NCBI GenBank assembly: GCA_964631405.1
Contig: CAZVYB010000001.1
Span: 4,435 to 68,434 of the forward strand
Direction: 5' to 3'
Length of the DNA: 64,000 bases
Source: an uncultured Lachnospiraceae bacterium
GTDB taxonomy: Bacteria; Bacillota; Clostridia; Christensenellales; UBA1242
In this document: positions 27,587-36,269 of the stretch, in pieces
How the letters are laid out: each line of letters opens with the position of its first letter
How positions within the stretch are numbered: position 1 is the first letter of the stretch
Program-made: the position numbers and the translations under genes
Notes under the pieces: model-generated
What the model was told of the DNA's origin: nothing
What the model saw: only the letters and a program-made list of their open reading frames with translations
Database searches by the model: none

Positions 27587-28738
27587 ATGGATTATAGAAA
27601 TAATTTGACCCGAAAGGTCATGTATGTTTATCTTCCCATAGTCATTTTATTTGCGACAATAAGGACACTGTCCGCATTTGGCGTATTTTCTTTCATGGGT
27701 GATACGGCAGAATATGTGTTCACAATAATCATTCAAATAGGACTTATGTTTTCGGTGGGGCTGTTTGGATTTGCCCTTATCTCCAAGAATAAGGTCAAAC
27801 AGGTTTTCAAATTTTATGGTTTTAGAAGGATAAATTGGAAGGCAATTCTCATTTCAATCGCAATCGGACTTGTTGTGTATTTCCTAAATATTTTTGTATC
27901 AACATTCTTCAACGCCTTTCTTTCGATTTTTGGTTATTCTTCTTCTGGCGGTTCTACTGTGACATCATACCCAACATGGCTTTTCTTTGTCAACATTCTT
28001 ATGACAGCCATTTTGCCTGCCATTTGCGAGGAAACTGCACATCGAGGACTTCTTCTTAAAGGACTTTCTCCACTTGGGCAGAAGAGGGCAATTATAATTT
28101 CATCTGTGTTGTTTGGGCTTTTGCATTTGAATATAGAACAAATGTTTTACGCCACACTGATTGGTTTTTTGCTTGGATATATTTCCACAATTTGCGAGAA
28201 TATTTATCCTGCAATGATAATTCACTTTATGAACAACTTTATGTCGGTGTTTATGAACTTTTCAAGCGTGCGAAAACTCGGTCCTGAAATCCTTTTCACA
28301 TACCTCAATAAATGGCTTCAAAGCAATTTCATTTTGGCGATTTTGTTTATGGTGGTGCTAAGCGTGCTTCTCTTCTTCCTCTTAAAATTCCTTGTTAAAC
28401 TGCTTTTCAAGGTGACAACGGTCAAACGGGTAAATCAACTTCAAAACGAGATTTTAAAGGAACTTACAAAAGAGGCATACATCAAAGATGCACAGGCTGT
28501 TGCCGAAGGGAAAGAGATTGACCCGACCGACGAAAACCATACAATTCCATTTGAGAAGTTTGACGAAATGTATCGCAAACACAACGACAAAATAGGCTAT
28601 ACTAGCGAGATAGACGAAAAGATTTTGGCAGAGAAGGGTGAATTCAAATTCAACAAAATCACAAAAACCATGCTTATCACAACCCTCGTGATTGTGTCAG
28701 TCATCACACTTTTCACCTTCATTTGGGGCATATTATGA
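27587..28738 (+). CDS. CPBP-family intramembrane metalloprotease with long C-terminal extension
   Basis: Motifs CEETAHRGLL, FGLLHL, HFMNN. Extra ~130 aa with a charged segment and a final TM. ATG 27587 (RBS AAGAGG) preferred over 27476. Confidence 0.85.
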   Translation: MDYRNNLTRKVMYVYLPIVILFATIRTLSAFGVFSFMGDTAEYVFTIIIQIGLMFSVGLFGFALISKNKVKQVFKFYGFRRINWKAILISIAIGLVVYFLNIFVSTFFNAFLSIFGYSSSGGSTVTSYPTWLFFVNILMTAILPAICEETAHRGLLLKGLSPLGQKRAIIISSVLFGLLHLNIEQMFYATLIGFLLGYISTICENIYPAMIIHFMNNFMSVFMNFSSVRKLGPEILFTYLNKWLQSNFILAILFMVVLSVLLFFLLKFLVKLLFKVTTVKRVNQLQNEILKELTKEAYIKDAQAVAEGKEIDPTDENHTIPFEKFDEMYRKHNDKIGYTSEIDEKILAEKGEFKFNKITKTMLITTLVIVSVITLFTFIWGIL

Positions 28739-29202
28739 TTTCAATCAATGTGATAGCCGTTGGCAATTTGAAGGAAAAATTTTGGCGTGACGCTTCGGCG
28801 GAATATCAAAAACGCCTTTCAAAATTTTGCAAACTCAGCATTGTGGAACTGCCAGAACAGAATAAATACGATGATGAGAAAAAGATTTTGCAGGCTGAGG
28901 GACAATTGATTTTAAAGACGGTCAAAGAGCGAGGCGGAAAAACATATTTGCTTGCAATTGACGGACGGGAATATTCAAGCGAGGCACTTTCTCAAACTCT
29001 TACCGCTGACACATTAAAAACAAGCACAATCAATTTTGTGATTGGCGGGTCATACGGCACAAGCGAAGAGGTGCAAAATACTATCAAAGACAAGTTATCC
29101 TTTGGCAGGGCAACATACCCGCATAACCTCGCAAGAATTATTTTGCTAGAACAGGTGTACCGCTCATTTATGCTTGCAGGTGGCGGAAAATATCATAAAT
29201 AA
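28735..29202 (+). CDS. rlmH: 23S rRNA (pseudouridine1915-N3)-methyltransferase RlmH
   Basis: MISINVIAVGNLKEKFW.. and C-terminal HNLARIILLEQVYR typical of SPOUT RlmH; ATGA overlap with upstream gene. Confidence 0.92.
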   Translation: MISINVIAVGNLKEKFWRDASAEYQKRLSKFCKLSIVELPEQNKYDDEKKILQAEGQLILKTVKERGGKTYLLAIDGREYSSEALSQTLTADTLKTSTINFVIGGSYGTSEEVQNTIKDKLSFGRATYPHNLARIILLEQVYRSFMLAGGGKYHK

Positions 29203-29206
29203 AACT

Positions 29207-29275
29207 AAAAACACATTAAGAAAAAATTTTCCTTAAACAAATTTTTAAGGAAAACTTAAATCTTAGTGTGTTTTT
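29207..29275. terminator. Long compound hairpin between convergent rlmH and DUF378 genes
   Basis: AAAAACACATTAAG pairs with CTTAGTGTGTTTTT (one G-U); inner TTCCTTAAA/TTTAAGGAA hairpin. Confidence 0.65.
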
Positions 29276-29374
29276 ATTTGAAGAAGGGTTTTTATAAAAG
29301 ATTGAAAAAGAGTAACGAAAATAAACACCCACCGAATATAATAATAAGACACAAAAGAGAGAAGTTTTTACTCA

Positions 29375-29797
29375 TTATTCAACCTCGCTGTCGTCAAAAT
29401 GCTCGTCAAAAAGAGGTCTAGGGGAGTGGCTTCGCTCGTCGTGCATTTCACTATAAGACTGATGCTCATAGTGACGGGAAGGACGCTCGTTTGGCACAAA
29501 TTCCTGCCCACTTTCAATGTTTGCATGGGCGGGTTCACTTTTATTTGCCATTTTGCCGATGTTTTTGGCAAGGTCTTTTTTGTTTCGGCGTGAAAAAACG
29601 GCAATTGTGCCCCTGCCCTTAAACATTTTAAAAATCAAAAAGGCACAGGCTATGCCGAAGATAATATAAATGATTCGAGAGAAAACACTTGCTTGATATC
29701 CAAATATGCCCGCAATAAAATCATATTGAAGTAGACCGATTGTAAGCCAGTTGATAGAACCGAGGACGGTGAGCAAAAATGCGATAATTGTCAACAT
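29375..29797 (-). CDS. DUF378-family small membrane protein with ~80-aa charged C-terminal extension
   Basis: LLTVLGSINWLTIGLLQYDFIAGIFG..FSRIIYIIFGIACAFLIF matches the DUF378 pattern; start at MLTII (29797). Confidence 0.75.
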   Translation of the reverse strand: MLTIIAFLLTVLGSINWLTIGLLQYDFIAGIFGYQASVFSRIIYIIFGIACAFLIFKMFKGRGTIAVFSRRNKKDLAKNIGKMANKSEPAHANIESGQEFVPNERPSRHYEHQSYSEMHDERSHSPRPLFDEHFDDSEVE

Positions 29798-29851
29798 AAA
29801 CAACCTCCAAGGTTGTTGTGTGCAAACAACGCAAAAAAAATGCAAAAATGT

Positions 29852-29880
29852 TTGACATATTTAAAAAAAATGTATATAAT
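29852..29880 (+). promoter_or_regulatory. Consensus sigma-A promoter for greA
   Basis: TTGACA, 17-nt spacer, TATAAT (29875-80). Confidence 0.65.
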
Positions 29881-29914
29881 ATGTGCTTGAATAGCAAAAA
29901 GGAGATTTACAGAA

Positions 29915-30385
29915 ATGACACATTTTTTAACAGCCGAAGGCAAAAAACAACTTCAAGAAAAACTCAACTACTATAAGTCAACCCGCAGGGTAGAGGCGAG
30001 TGAAAAAATCGCAATTGCTAGAGAGTTTGGTGACCTTTCTGAAAACTCAGAATATGACGCAGCCAAAGAGGAACAGGCTCAGATTGAGGCAGAAATCCGA
30101 GAAATGGAGGATATCCTTCTCAACTGCCAAATCATTGAGAGCAAGGCAGACGAAGGCGTTGTAAATATCGGTTCAACTGTCAAGGTTTATGACGAAGAAT
30201 TTGATGAGGAGTTGGAACTCAAAATTCTTGGCTCAACCGAAAGCAACCCACTTGCAGGCATCATCAGCAACAACTCACCACTTGGCATGGCACTTATTGG
30301 CAGAAAGATTGGCGAAAGGGTGTGCGTCAAGACCGAGGCGGGAGAACTTTCATACAAAATCGTGGACATTAAACAAAATATTTAA
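29915..30385 (+). CDS. greA: Transcription elongation factor GreA
   Basis: 156 aa; FGDLSENSEYDAAKEEQ coiled-coil motif and C-terminal globular domain. Confidence 0.95.
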   Translation: MTHFLTAEGKKQLQEKLNYYKSTRRVEASEKIAIAREFGDLSENSEYDAAKEEQAQIEAEIREMEDILLNCQIIESKADEGVVNIGSTVKVYDEEFDEELELKILGSTESNPLAGIISNNSPLGMALIGRKIGERVCVKTEAGELSYKIVDIKQNI

Positions 30386-30396
30386 GTTTTTATAGA

Positions 30397-30433
30397 AATT
30401 TGGCAGACTTTCTCTTGCCAAATTCTATTTTTT
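30397..30433 (+). terminator. Rho-independent terminator after greA
   Basis: AATTTGGCA/TGCCAAATT 9-bp stem followed by T-run. Confidence 0.8.
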
Positions 30434-30491
30434 ATTGTATAATTTTAATGAAGTCTTTTGAAAGAAAATTTTTGTAAACGGAAAAACCAAT

Positions 30492-31421
30492 ATGATGTTT
30501 AAAAATTCAATAAAACTTTTGTGTGCAAACTTTGCCGAGGTGTGGAAACTGCTTGTTTACCACATTCTTTCCATCGGTTTTTGCATAGGTCTTCTTGCCA
30601 TTTTTCATGGTGAGTTTTGGGACTATGCGACTATGGCGTATGAACAGGCTGGGCTTGCAAGCGTATTTGGTAGCGGGACATTTTATGGCGGTGCAGGGCT
30701 TGCCTCGTCAATCACCAAATTTGCAAACTTCTGCATATACTTTTTCCAAATAATGTTTTCTTCAAACGCATGGCTTGGCGTCTATTTTATCTTTGTCGTA
30801 CTCTTTCTTTTTCCACTTCTTATGAATATAGGCAAAGTTGTCACTTGTGAACTTATGTATGGCTATATGTCGGCTTGCCAAAAACAGTCATTCACAGGTA
30901 CATTCATCAAAACAATCAAGTCATCACTTGCGTATTCTTCACTTAAAGTGATATACGCAATTCCATTCAACGCACTCATTTTGCTTTCAATGTGGGGATT
31001 GACAAGAATTGACAATAAGGTTTTTGATTATATCATGCCATTTTTGATTGTGATTGTCCCAGCCCTTTTTATGGCAATCAAATCACTTTTCAATGCTGGT
31101 TGGGCACCAGCGAAGGTGGTGTATAACCAAAACATTTTCCGGTCATACAAGATAGGAATGAGGGCAGTTTGGCGAAAAGGGGAAAAGGTCTTTTCGACAG
31201 CATTTGTTCTTTACCTTTTGGCAATCGTCCTTTCTGTTGTACTTGGACTTTACTCATTGATAATCATTTTGCCAATCGTGTCACCACTTGTGCATATTTT
31301 TGAAATGGTTTCATTCTTCACCAGTCAAGGCATGAGATTTTATGTTGACGGCGACACCATTTTCTCGCCAAAGAGATTGGAAGAGAATGATAAGATAGAA
31401 GACGCAAAATACATTTTGTAA
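30492..31421 (+). CDS. Polytopic membrane protein, unknown function
   Basis: 309-aa ORF with about six hydrophobic helices; no recognisable motif. Confidence 0.6.
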   Translation: MMFKNSIKLLCANFAEVWKLLVYHILSIGFCIGLLAIFHGEFWDYATMAYEQAGLASVFGSGTFYGGAGLASSITKFANFCIYFFQIMFSSNAWLGVYFIFVVLFLFPLLMNIGKVVTCELMYGYMSACQKQSFTGTFIKTIKSSLAYSSLKVIYAIPFNALILLSMWGLTRIDNKVFDYIMPFLIVIVPALFMAIKSLFNAGWAPAKVVYNQNIFRSYKIGMRAVWRKGEKVFSTAFVLYLLAIVLSVVLGLYSLIIILPIVSPLVHIFEMVSFFTSQGMRFYVDGDTIFSPKRLEENDKIEDAKYIL

Positions 31422-31520
31422 AAGTTTATAAGGGAAACCTTAAAATTGATTTAAAATAAAAAAAACACAAAAAAGAGTTCCTTTCGGGACATTTTTTGTG
31501 CTATAAAAAAGGAGAAATTT

Positions 31521-33179
31521 GTGAATAATAATAAACTTAAAATCACCTTTTTGGGCGGTGTAGGCGAAATTGGGAAAAACATGACAGCCCTTGAATATAA
31601 TGACGAAATAATCATTATTGATGCAGGACTTACATTCCCGGGCGAGGAACTCCCGGGCGTTGACCTCGTTATTCCAGATATGACATATTTGGTTGAGAAT
31701 AAGGATAAAATCAAAGCCCTTCTTCTTACTCATGGACATGAGGACCATATTGGAGCAGTTCCTTTTCTTTTGGAACAAATAAGCGTGCCAGTTTATGGCT
31801 CACGCCTCACCCTTGCCCTTGTTGAAAACAAAATGAAAGAGCACCCAAAGACAAAATTCAAAGGCATTGCAGTAAAACCAAGAAATGTGCTTAAACTTGG
31901 CTCTTTCGCAATAGAATTTGTCAAAGTCAGCCACTCAATCGCAGGAGCACTTGCTCTTTCAATCACCACACCAGTGGGCACAATTGTTCATACCGGCGAC
32001 TTCAAAATTGATTATGAGCCTATCGACGGCGAAATGACCGACCTTTCAAGACTTGGTGAAATTGGACGCAAAGGCGTTCAACTTCTGCTTTGCGAAAGCA
32101 CCAATGTTTGCCGAAAGGGCTATTCTATGAGTGAGAAATCGGTTGGTAGAGCCCTTGATGAGATAATCAAGTCACACGCCAATAATCGCATTATCGTGGC
32201 AACTTTTGCGTCAAATATCCATCGTATGCAACAGATTATGGATATCGCAGAAAAGTATAACAGAAAAATCGCATTCACCGGCAGAAGTATGGTGAATGTC
32301 AGCGAAGTTGCCCTGAAACTTGGAGAACTTAAATTTAACAGAGAAAATATCGTTGATATTGAAAAAGTTGACAAAATGGACGATAAAGAGGTGCTTATCA
32401 TGACCACGGGCAGTCAAGGTGAGCCTATGAGTGCCTTGACAAGAATGGCATCTGGCGAATTTAAAAACCTCAAAATTCGTCAAAATGACCTTGTAATTTT
32501 GTCTGCATCACCAATTCCGGGCAATGAAAAGAATGTGTATAATGTGATAAACGCACTATATAAACTTGGAGCAGATGTCATTTATGACGAACTTGCTGAT
32601 GTTCACACCTCAGGTCACGCCTGCCAAGAGGAGTTGAAACTTATGCACAGCCTCGTGAAACCAAAATTCTTTATCCCTGTGCATGGCGAATATAGACATA
32701 TGAAAACTCATAAAGAACTTGCAGTGACCCTTGGCATGGAAAAACGCAATGTGCTTATCGCAAGCATTGGTATGCAGGTGGAACTTGGTGCAAACTCTCT
32801 TAAAGAAACTGGCTATGTCAAAGCGGGACAACGCCTTGTTGACGGTTATGGCATTGGCGATATGGATAGCAATGTACTTCGAGAAAGAAAACAACTTTCT
32901 GAGGACGGAATTTGCGTAGTTTGCGTTAATATCAACAATATTGAAGGGGAAATCACAGGCGAGCCATTTATTATCACCCGTGGCGTGGTGTATGCTGATG
33001 AACAAGAAAGTTTTGTTCAAGACGCAAAAGCAACAATCATTGCCTCACTGAAAGAAAGCGACCTCCGAGGGGCAGAACCATCAATGATAAGGGCGTCACT
33101 TCGCCGTAATGTGTCAAACTTCATCTTCCGTCGTACAAAACGCCGTCCAATGATTTTGACAATTGTCACTCTTGACTAA
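31521..33179 (+). CDS. rnj: Ribonuclease J (metallo-beta-lactamase/beta-CASP)
   Basis: LLLTHGHEDHIGAVPFL motif II, SGHACQEELKLM, beta-CASP order; GTG start with GGAGAAA RBS. Confidence 0.93.
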   Translation: MNNNKLKITFLGGVGEIGKNMTALEYNDEIIIIDAGLTFPGEELPGVDLVIPDMTYLVENKDKIKALLLTHGHEDHIGAVPFLLEQISVPVYGSRLTLALVENKMKEHPKTKFKGIAVKPRNVLKLGSFAIEFVKVSHSIAGALALSITTPVGTIVHTGDFKIDYEPIDGEMTDLSRLGEIGRKGVQLLLCESTNVCRKGYSMSEKSVGRALDEIIKSHANNRIIVATFASNIHRMQQIMDIAEKYNRKIAFTGRSMVNVSEVALKLGELKFNRENIVDIEKVDKMDDKEVLIMTTGSQGEPMSALTRMASGEFKNLKIRQNDLVILSASPIPGNEKNVYNVINALYKLGADVIYDELADVHTSGHACQEELKLMHSLVKPKFFIPVHGEYRHMKTHKELAVTLGMEKRNVLIASIGMQVELGANSLKETGYVKAGQRLVDGYGIGDMDSNVLRERKQLSEDGICVVCVNINNIEGEITGEPFIITRGVVYADEQESFVQDAKATIIASLKESDLRGAEPSMIRASLRRNVSNFIFRRTKRRPMILTIVTLD

Positions 33180-33189
33180 GGCGGGACTT

Positions 33190-33801
33190 ATGAAAGAAAC
33201 TTTTGCCCCAATTATTGAGGCAGTTCGTAAAAAAGCAATAGAAAATCATGTGCCAATCGTAAGAAAAAACACCCTTGAAAGACTGCTGAACATCTGTCAA
33301 GAGAGAAATGCGAAAAGGGTGCTTGAAATCGGAACGGCAACGGGGTATTCGGCACTGAATATGCTTGCCCTAGAAAATGACTTGCACCTTACCACAATTG
33401 AAAAGGAAGAGGCAAGATATGCCGAAGCGAAAGAGAATTTCGCAATGGCAGATGCAACCGAAAGGGTAAGCCAAATTCTTGGCGACGCAGGCGAAGAAAT
33501 CCAGAACCTTTGCAAAGAGGGACAGACATTTGACCTTGTTTTTCTCGACGGACCAAAGGGACAATATTCAAGATACCTTCCAATAATCTTAGATTTATTG
33601 ACAGACGGCGGAGTTCTCTTTGCCGATAATATTTTGCTTGGCGGACTTTTAAAGGACGACGGGCTTGTGACACACAAAAATCGCACTATGGTGAGAAATA
33701 TGAGGGATTTTTTAGAAAAAATACAAAATCACCCAAACATTACTAGCAAAATTTATGAAATTGATGACGGCTTTGCAGTTTGTGAAGTCAAAAAACCTTA
33801 A
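33190..33801 (+). CDS. Class I SAM-dependent O-methyltransferase (family 3, YrrM/TrmR-like)
   Basis: VLEIGTATGYSAL SAM motif, FDLVFLDGPKGQY; start at MKETF (33190). Confidence 0.75.
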   Translation: MKETFAPIIEAVRKKAIENHVPIVRKNTLERLLNICQERNAKRVLEIGTATGYSALNMLALENDLHLTTIEKEEARYAEAKENFAMADATERVSQILGDAGEEIQNLCKEGQTFDLVFLDGPKGQYSRYLPIILDLLTDGGVLFADNILLGGLLKDDGLVTHKNRTMVRNMRDFLEKIQNHPNITSKIYEIDDGFAVCEVKKP

Positions 33802-33862
33802 AAATGACAGAAATTGCACTTTCTGTTGTTTTTTTTATCTCTTTTTGTTACAATATAATCGT

Positions 33863-34420
33863 ATGGAATTTGAAAGCGATATCATAAGATTTTTGCAAAC
33901 AAACGCAAGCACTGGCTGGATAACATTTTTTCAAATAGTCACTCTTTTGGGCAGTTATCTAGGGCTTTTTGTTACCTTTATAATCGTGTTTGTAAGGGAT
34001 AAAAAACTCAGCGTCGCACTGCTTGCCACATTTGCCATTGCAAGCGTTATCAATCATTTTTTAAAGGCACTTATAGGTAGGGCAAGACCCTTCGACACAT
34101 ATGAAGATATTGCCAATTATGGGGGTGAGGACGGGCTAAGTATGCCGTCAGGACATAGCGTATGTGCGGGGATATTCGCCACATTTTTGGTGTATAACCT
34201 CTTTAAAACAAGCAAAGATGCTTTAACAAGGACGCTTGGTACGACCGCATACGGCTCAATTATGGTGCTGATTGCCTTTTCACGAATGGTGCTAGGCGTG
34301 CATTATCTCACAGACATCATAGTTGGCATGATTTTAGGAATAACATTTGCCATTGTCGGAATAATTGTGTATAATGTTTGCATGAAAAAATTTGCAGGAG
34401 AAAGACCTTGCAGGGAATAG
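33863..34420 (+). CDS. PAP2-family phosphatase (membrane)
   Basis: Three PAP2 motifs: KALIGRARP, PSGHS, SRMVLGVHYLTD; start position uncertain. Confidence 0.8.
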   Translation: MEFESDIIRFLQTNASTGWITFFQIVTLLGSYLGLFVTFIIVFVRDKKLSVALLATFAIASVINHFLKALIGRARPFDTYEDIANYGGEDGLSMPSGHSVCAGIFATFLVYNLFKTSKDALTRTLGTTAYGSIMVLIAFSRMVLGVHYLTDIIVGMILGITFAIVGIIVYNVCMKKFAGERPCRE

Positions 34421-34428
34421 GAGAACAA

Positions 34429-34878
34429 ATGAAAGAAATTTTTTCTGTTGTGACAAAAAATGAAAAAGAAACAATGCTTGTAGGAGAAAAAATTGCAGGC
34501 ATCATACAAAAAGGCACTGTGATAACCCTTGTTGGCGACCTTGGTGCGGGCAAAACTCATTTTGTCAAGGGCTTTGCTGTGGGAATGGGGAGCGATAACC
34601 TTGTAACCAGCCCTACATTCACACTGCTTAATGTGTATGAACGCGGAAAGATGCCAATATACCATTTTGATATGTATAGGTTGTCCTCAAAAGAAGAGGG
34701 GGAAGAACTGGGCTTTAATGAATACTTTGACCTGTCCTCACTTGACGGCGTAAGCATTGTTGAGTGGCCACAACAGGTTGAAGGAATGATTGATGTAAAT
34801 CACTATGAAGTCAAAATTGAAAAGGTGGACGATAGCACCAGAAAAATCACCCTTTCATATGTTGAGGTGACAAAATGA
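34429..34878 (+). CDS. tsaE: tRNA t6A37 biosynthesis ATPase TsaE
   Basis: GDLGAGKTHFVKG Walker A, HFDMYRL motif; start MKEIF after GGAGAA. Confidence 0.9.
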   Translation: MKEIFSVVTKNEKETMLVGEKIAGIIQKGTVITLVGDLGAGKTHFVKGFAVGMGSDNLVTSPTFTLLNVYERGKMPIYHFDMYRLSSKEEGEELGFNEYFDLSSLDGVSIVEWPQQVEGMIDVNHYEVKIEKVDDSTRKITLSYVEVTK

Positions 34879-35501
34879 TAGCAATCTCGACAGCCTGCAA
34901 AGAGGCATTGATAGCAATTGAAATAGATGGCAAACAACACACCACAAGCCTGCCATCAAACTGTAAACATTCAGAAAATATGCTTTTTGCCATAGATAAA
35001 ATGCTTGACGAAATGGGGGAGGAATTTGCAAAAAATCAGCAACTTGCAGTTGTGATTGGGCCGGGTTCTTTCACAGGAATACGAATTGGCGTATCCCTCA
35101 TAAAAGGACTGCTTGCGGGCGACGAAGAAAAAAAAGTTTTGCCCCTCACAACCTTTGACCTTATGGCATATAGTTATATTAAAAAATTTGCTCCACAAGA
35201 AGAATTTGCCTGCATAATAAATGGACTAAGCGGATACTATTTTGTGTGTAGATATTCCAGCGACGGACAAAAACTTGGCGGGGAGGAAATGCTGACGGAG
35301 AAACAACTGCCCTGCCTGCCACTTATAGGGCTTGAAGAGGAGGGAATTGGACAATTCCAAGTCCGCCCAACAGCAGAAGATTTGCTTGCCCTTGCAAAAG
35401 AGAATTATGAAAATGGTGGGGCAAAAAGGGCACAAGAAATCTGTCCTTTATATCTAAGAAAAAGCCAAGCAGAAGCCAGCCTTGACGGGAGAAAATGTTG
35501 A
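34875..35501 (+). CDS. tsaB: tRNA t6A37 biosynthesis protein TsaB (YeaZ)
   Basis: ATGA overlap with tsaE; GPGSFTGIRIG motif. Confidence 0.88.
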   Translation: MIAISTACKEALIAIEIDGKQHTTSLPSNCKHSENMLFAIDKMLDEMGEEFAKNQQLAVVIGPGSFTGIRIGVSLIKGLLAGDEEKKVLPLTTFDLMAYSYIKKFAPQEEFACIINGLSGYYFVCRYSSDGQKLGGEEMLTEKQLPCLPLIGLEEEGIGQFQVRPTAEDLLALAKENYENGGAKRAQEICPLYLRKSQAEASLDGRKC

Positions 35502-35554
35502 TAAAAACCCCTTTAAAGAAGGTGTAAAAAAATAAAAAATGTATGGCAAATCGC

Positions 35555-35583
35555 TCGACATTTCATAGGATAAAGGGTATAAT
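35555..35583 (+). promoter_or_regulatory. Promoter of zinc-ribbon/acidic-tail gene
   Basis: TCGACA, 17-nt spacer, TATAAT (35578-83). Confidence 0.5.
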
Positions 35584-35620
35584 GTGAGTGTTGATAAAAA
35601 GACAAAAATAAGGAGAAATT

Positions 35621-36121
35621 ATGAAAAAACCTGTGTATATCAGATGCCCAAGATGTGAACTTAATTATATCCAAAAAAAGGATAAATTTTGCTCAGTTTG
35701 TAAGGCTGAGATGGAGGCAAAAAAGGACTATGTTGACGACATTGATTTGGAACTTTGCCCAATCTGCAAAACCAACTATATCCAACCTGACGAAATCATG
35801 TGTGCAAGTTGTTTGAAGGAACATCGAAGCGACGAGGACGGGGAACTTGCTGACGATTGGGACGAATATATGACACGAGAGGACGAGGACGACGAAATGA
35901 CCCTTGACGATGAGATGGGTGAAATGGCATCTGTCAACGACCTTACAAAATCAAGTATGCTTGATGACGACGAAATTGCACCAGACATTGACTTTGAGGA
36001 CGAGGACGGCATAGACTTTGACGACGAAGAATTTGATGACGAGGACGACGAAGATGATGACGACGATTTCGACGACGAAGACGATGACGACGATTTTGAT
36101 TATGACGATGACGAGGACTAG
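35621..36121 (+). CDS. Double zinc-ribbon protein with extreme poly-Asp/Glu C-terminal tail
   Basis: Two CxxC-x13-14-CxxC units (CPRC..CSVC and CPIC..CASC), each followed by NYIQ; 34 of the last 42 residues are Asp/Glu, interspersed with Phe/Tyr. Confidence 0.75.
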   Translation: MKKPVYIRCPRCELNYIQKKDKFCSVCKAEMEAKKDYVDDIDLELCPICKTNYIQPDEIMCASCLKEHRSDEDGELADDWDEYMTREDEDDEMTLDDEMGEMASVNDLTKSSMLDDDEIAPDIDFEDEDGIDFDDEEFDDEDDEDDDDDFDDEDDDDDFDYDDDED

Positions 36122-36154
36122 TCGCCCACATAGATAAACATAACCAATGAAAAA

Positions 36155-36186
36155 CCACATACAAACCCCATGTATGTGGCTTTTTT
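36155..36186 (+). terminator. Rho-independent terminator after acidic-tail gene
   Basis: CCACATACA/TGTATGTGG 9-bp stem, T6 run. Confidence 0.9.
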
Positions 36187-36233
36187 ATACACAAATTCTT
36201 TTTCTTTTATAATTTACTTTCCGATAAAATAGG

Positions 36234-36266
36234 GGAGAAAAAAAGACGCTTCAAAAAGCGTCTTTT
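36234..36266 (-). terminator. Rho-independent terminator after the 1110-aa gene
   Basis: GACGCTT/AAGCGTC stem; T7 run on the minus strand. Confidence 0.85.
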
Positions 36267-36269
36267 TGG

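Noticed and set aside
35880-36118. GAY/GAR-rich tract as a non-coding microsatellite
   Set aside because: It is in frame within a well-supported ORF (promoter, RBS, terminator) and is not a strict unit repeat. It is treated as coding low-complexity sequence.
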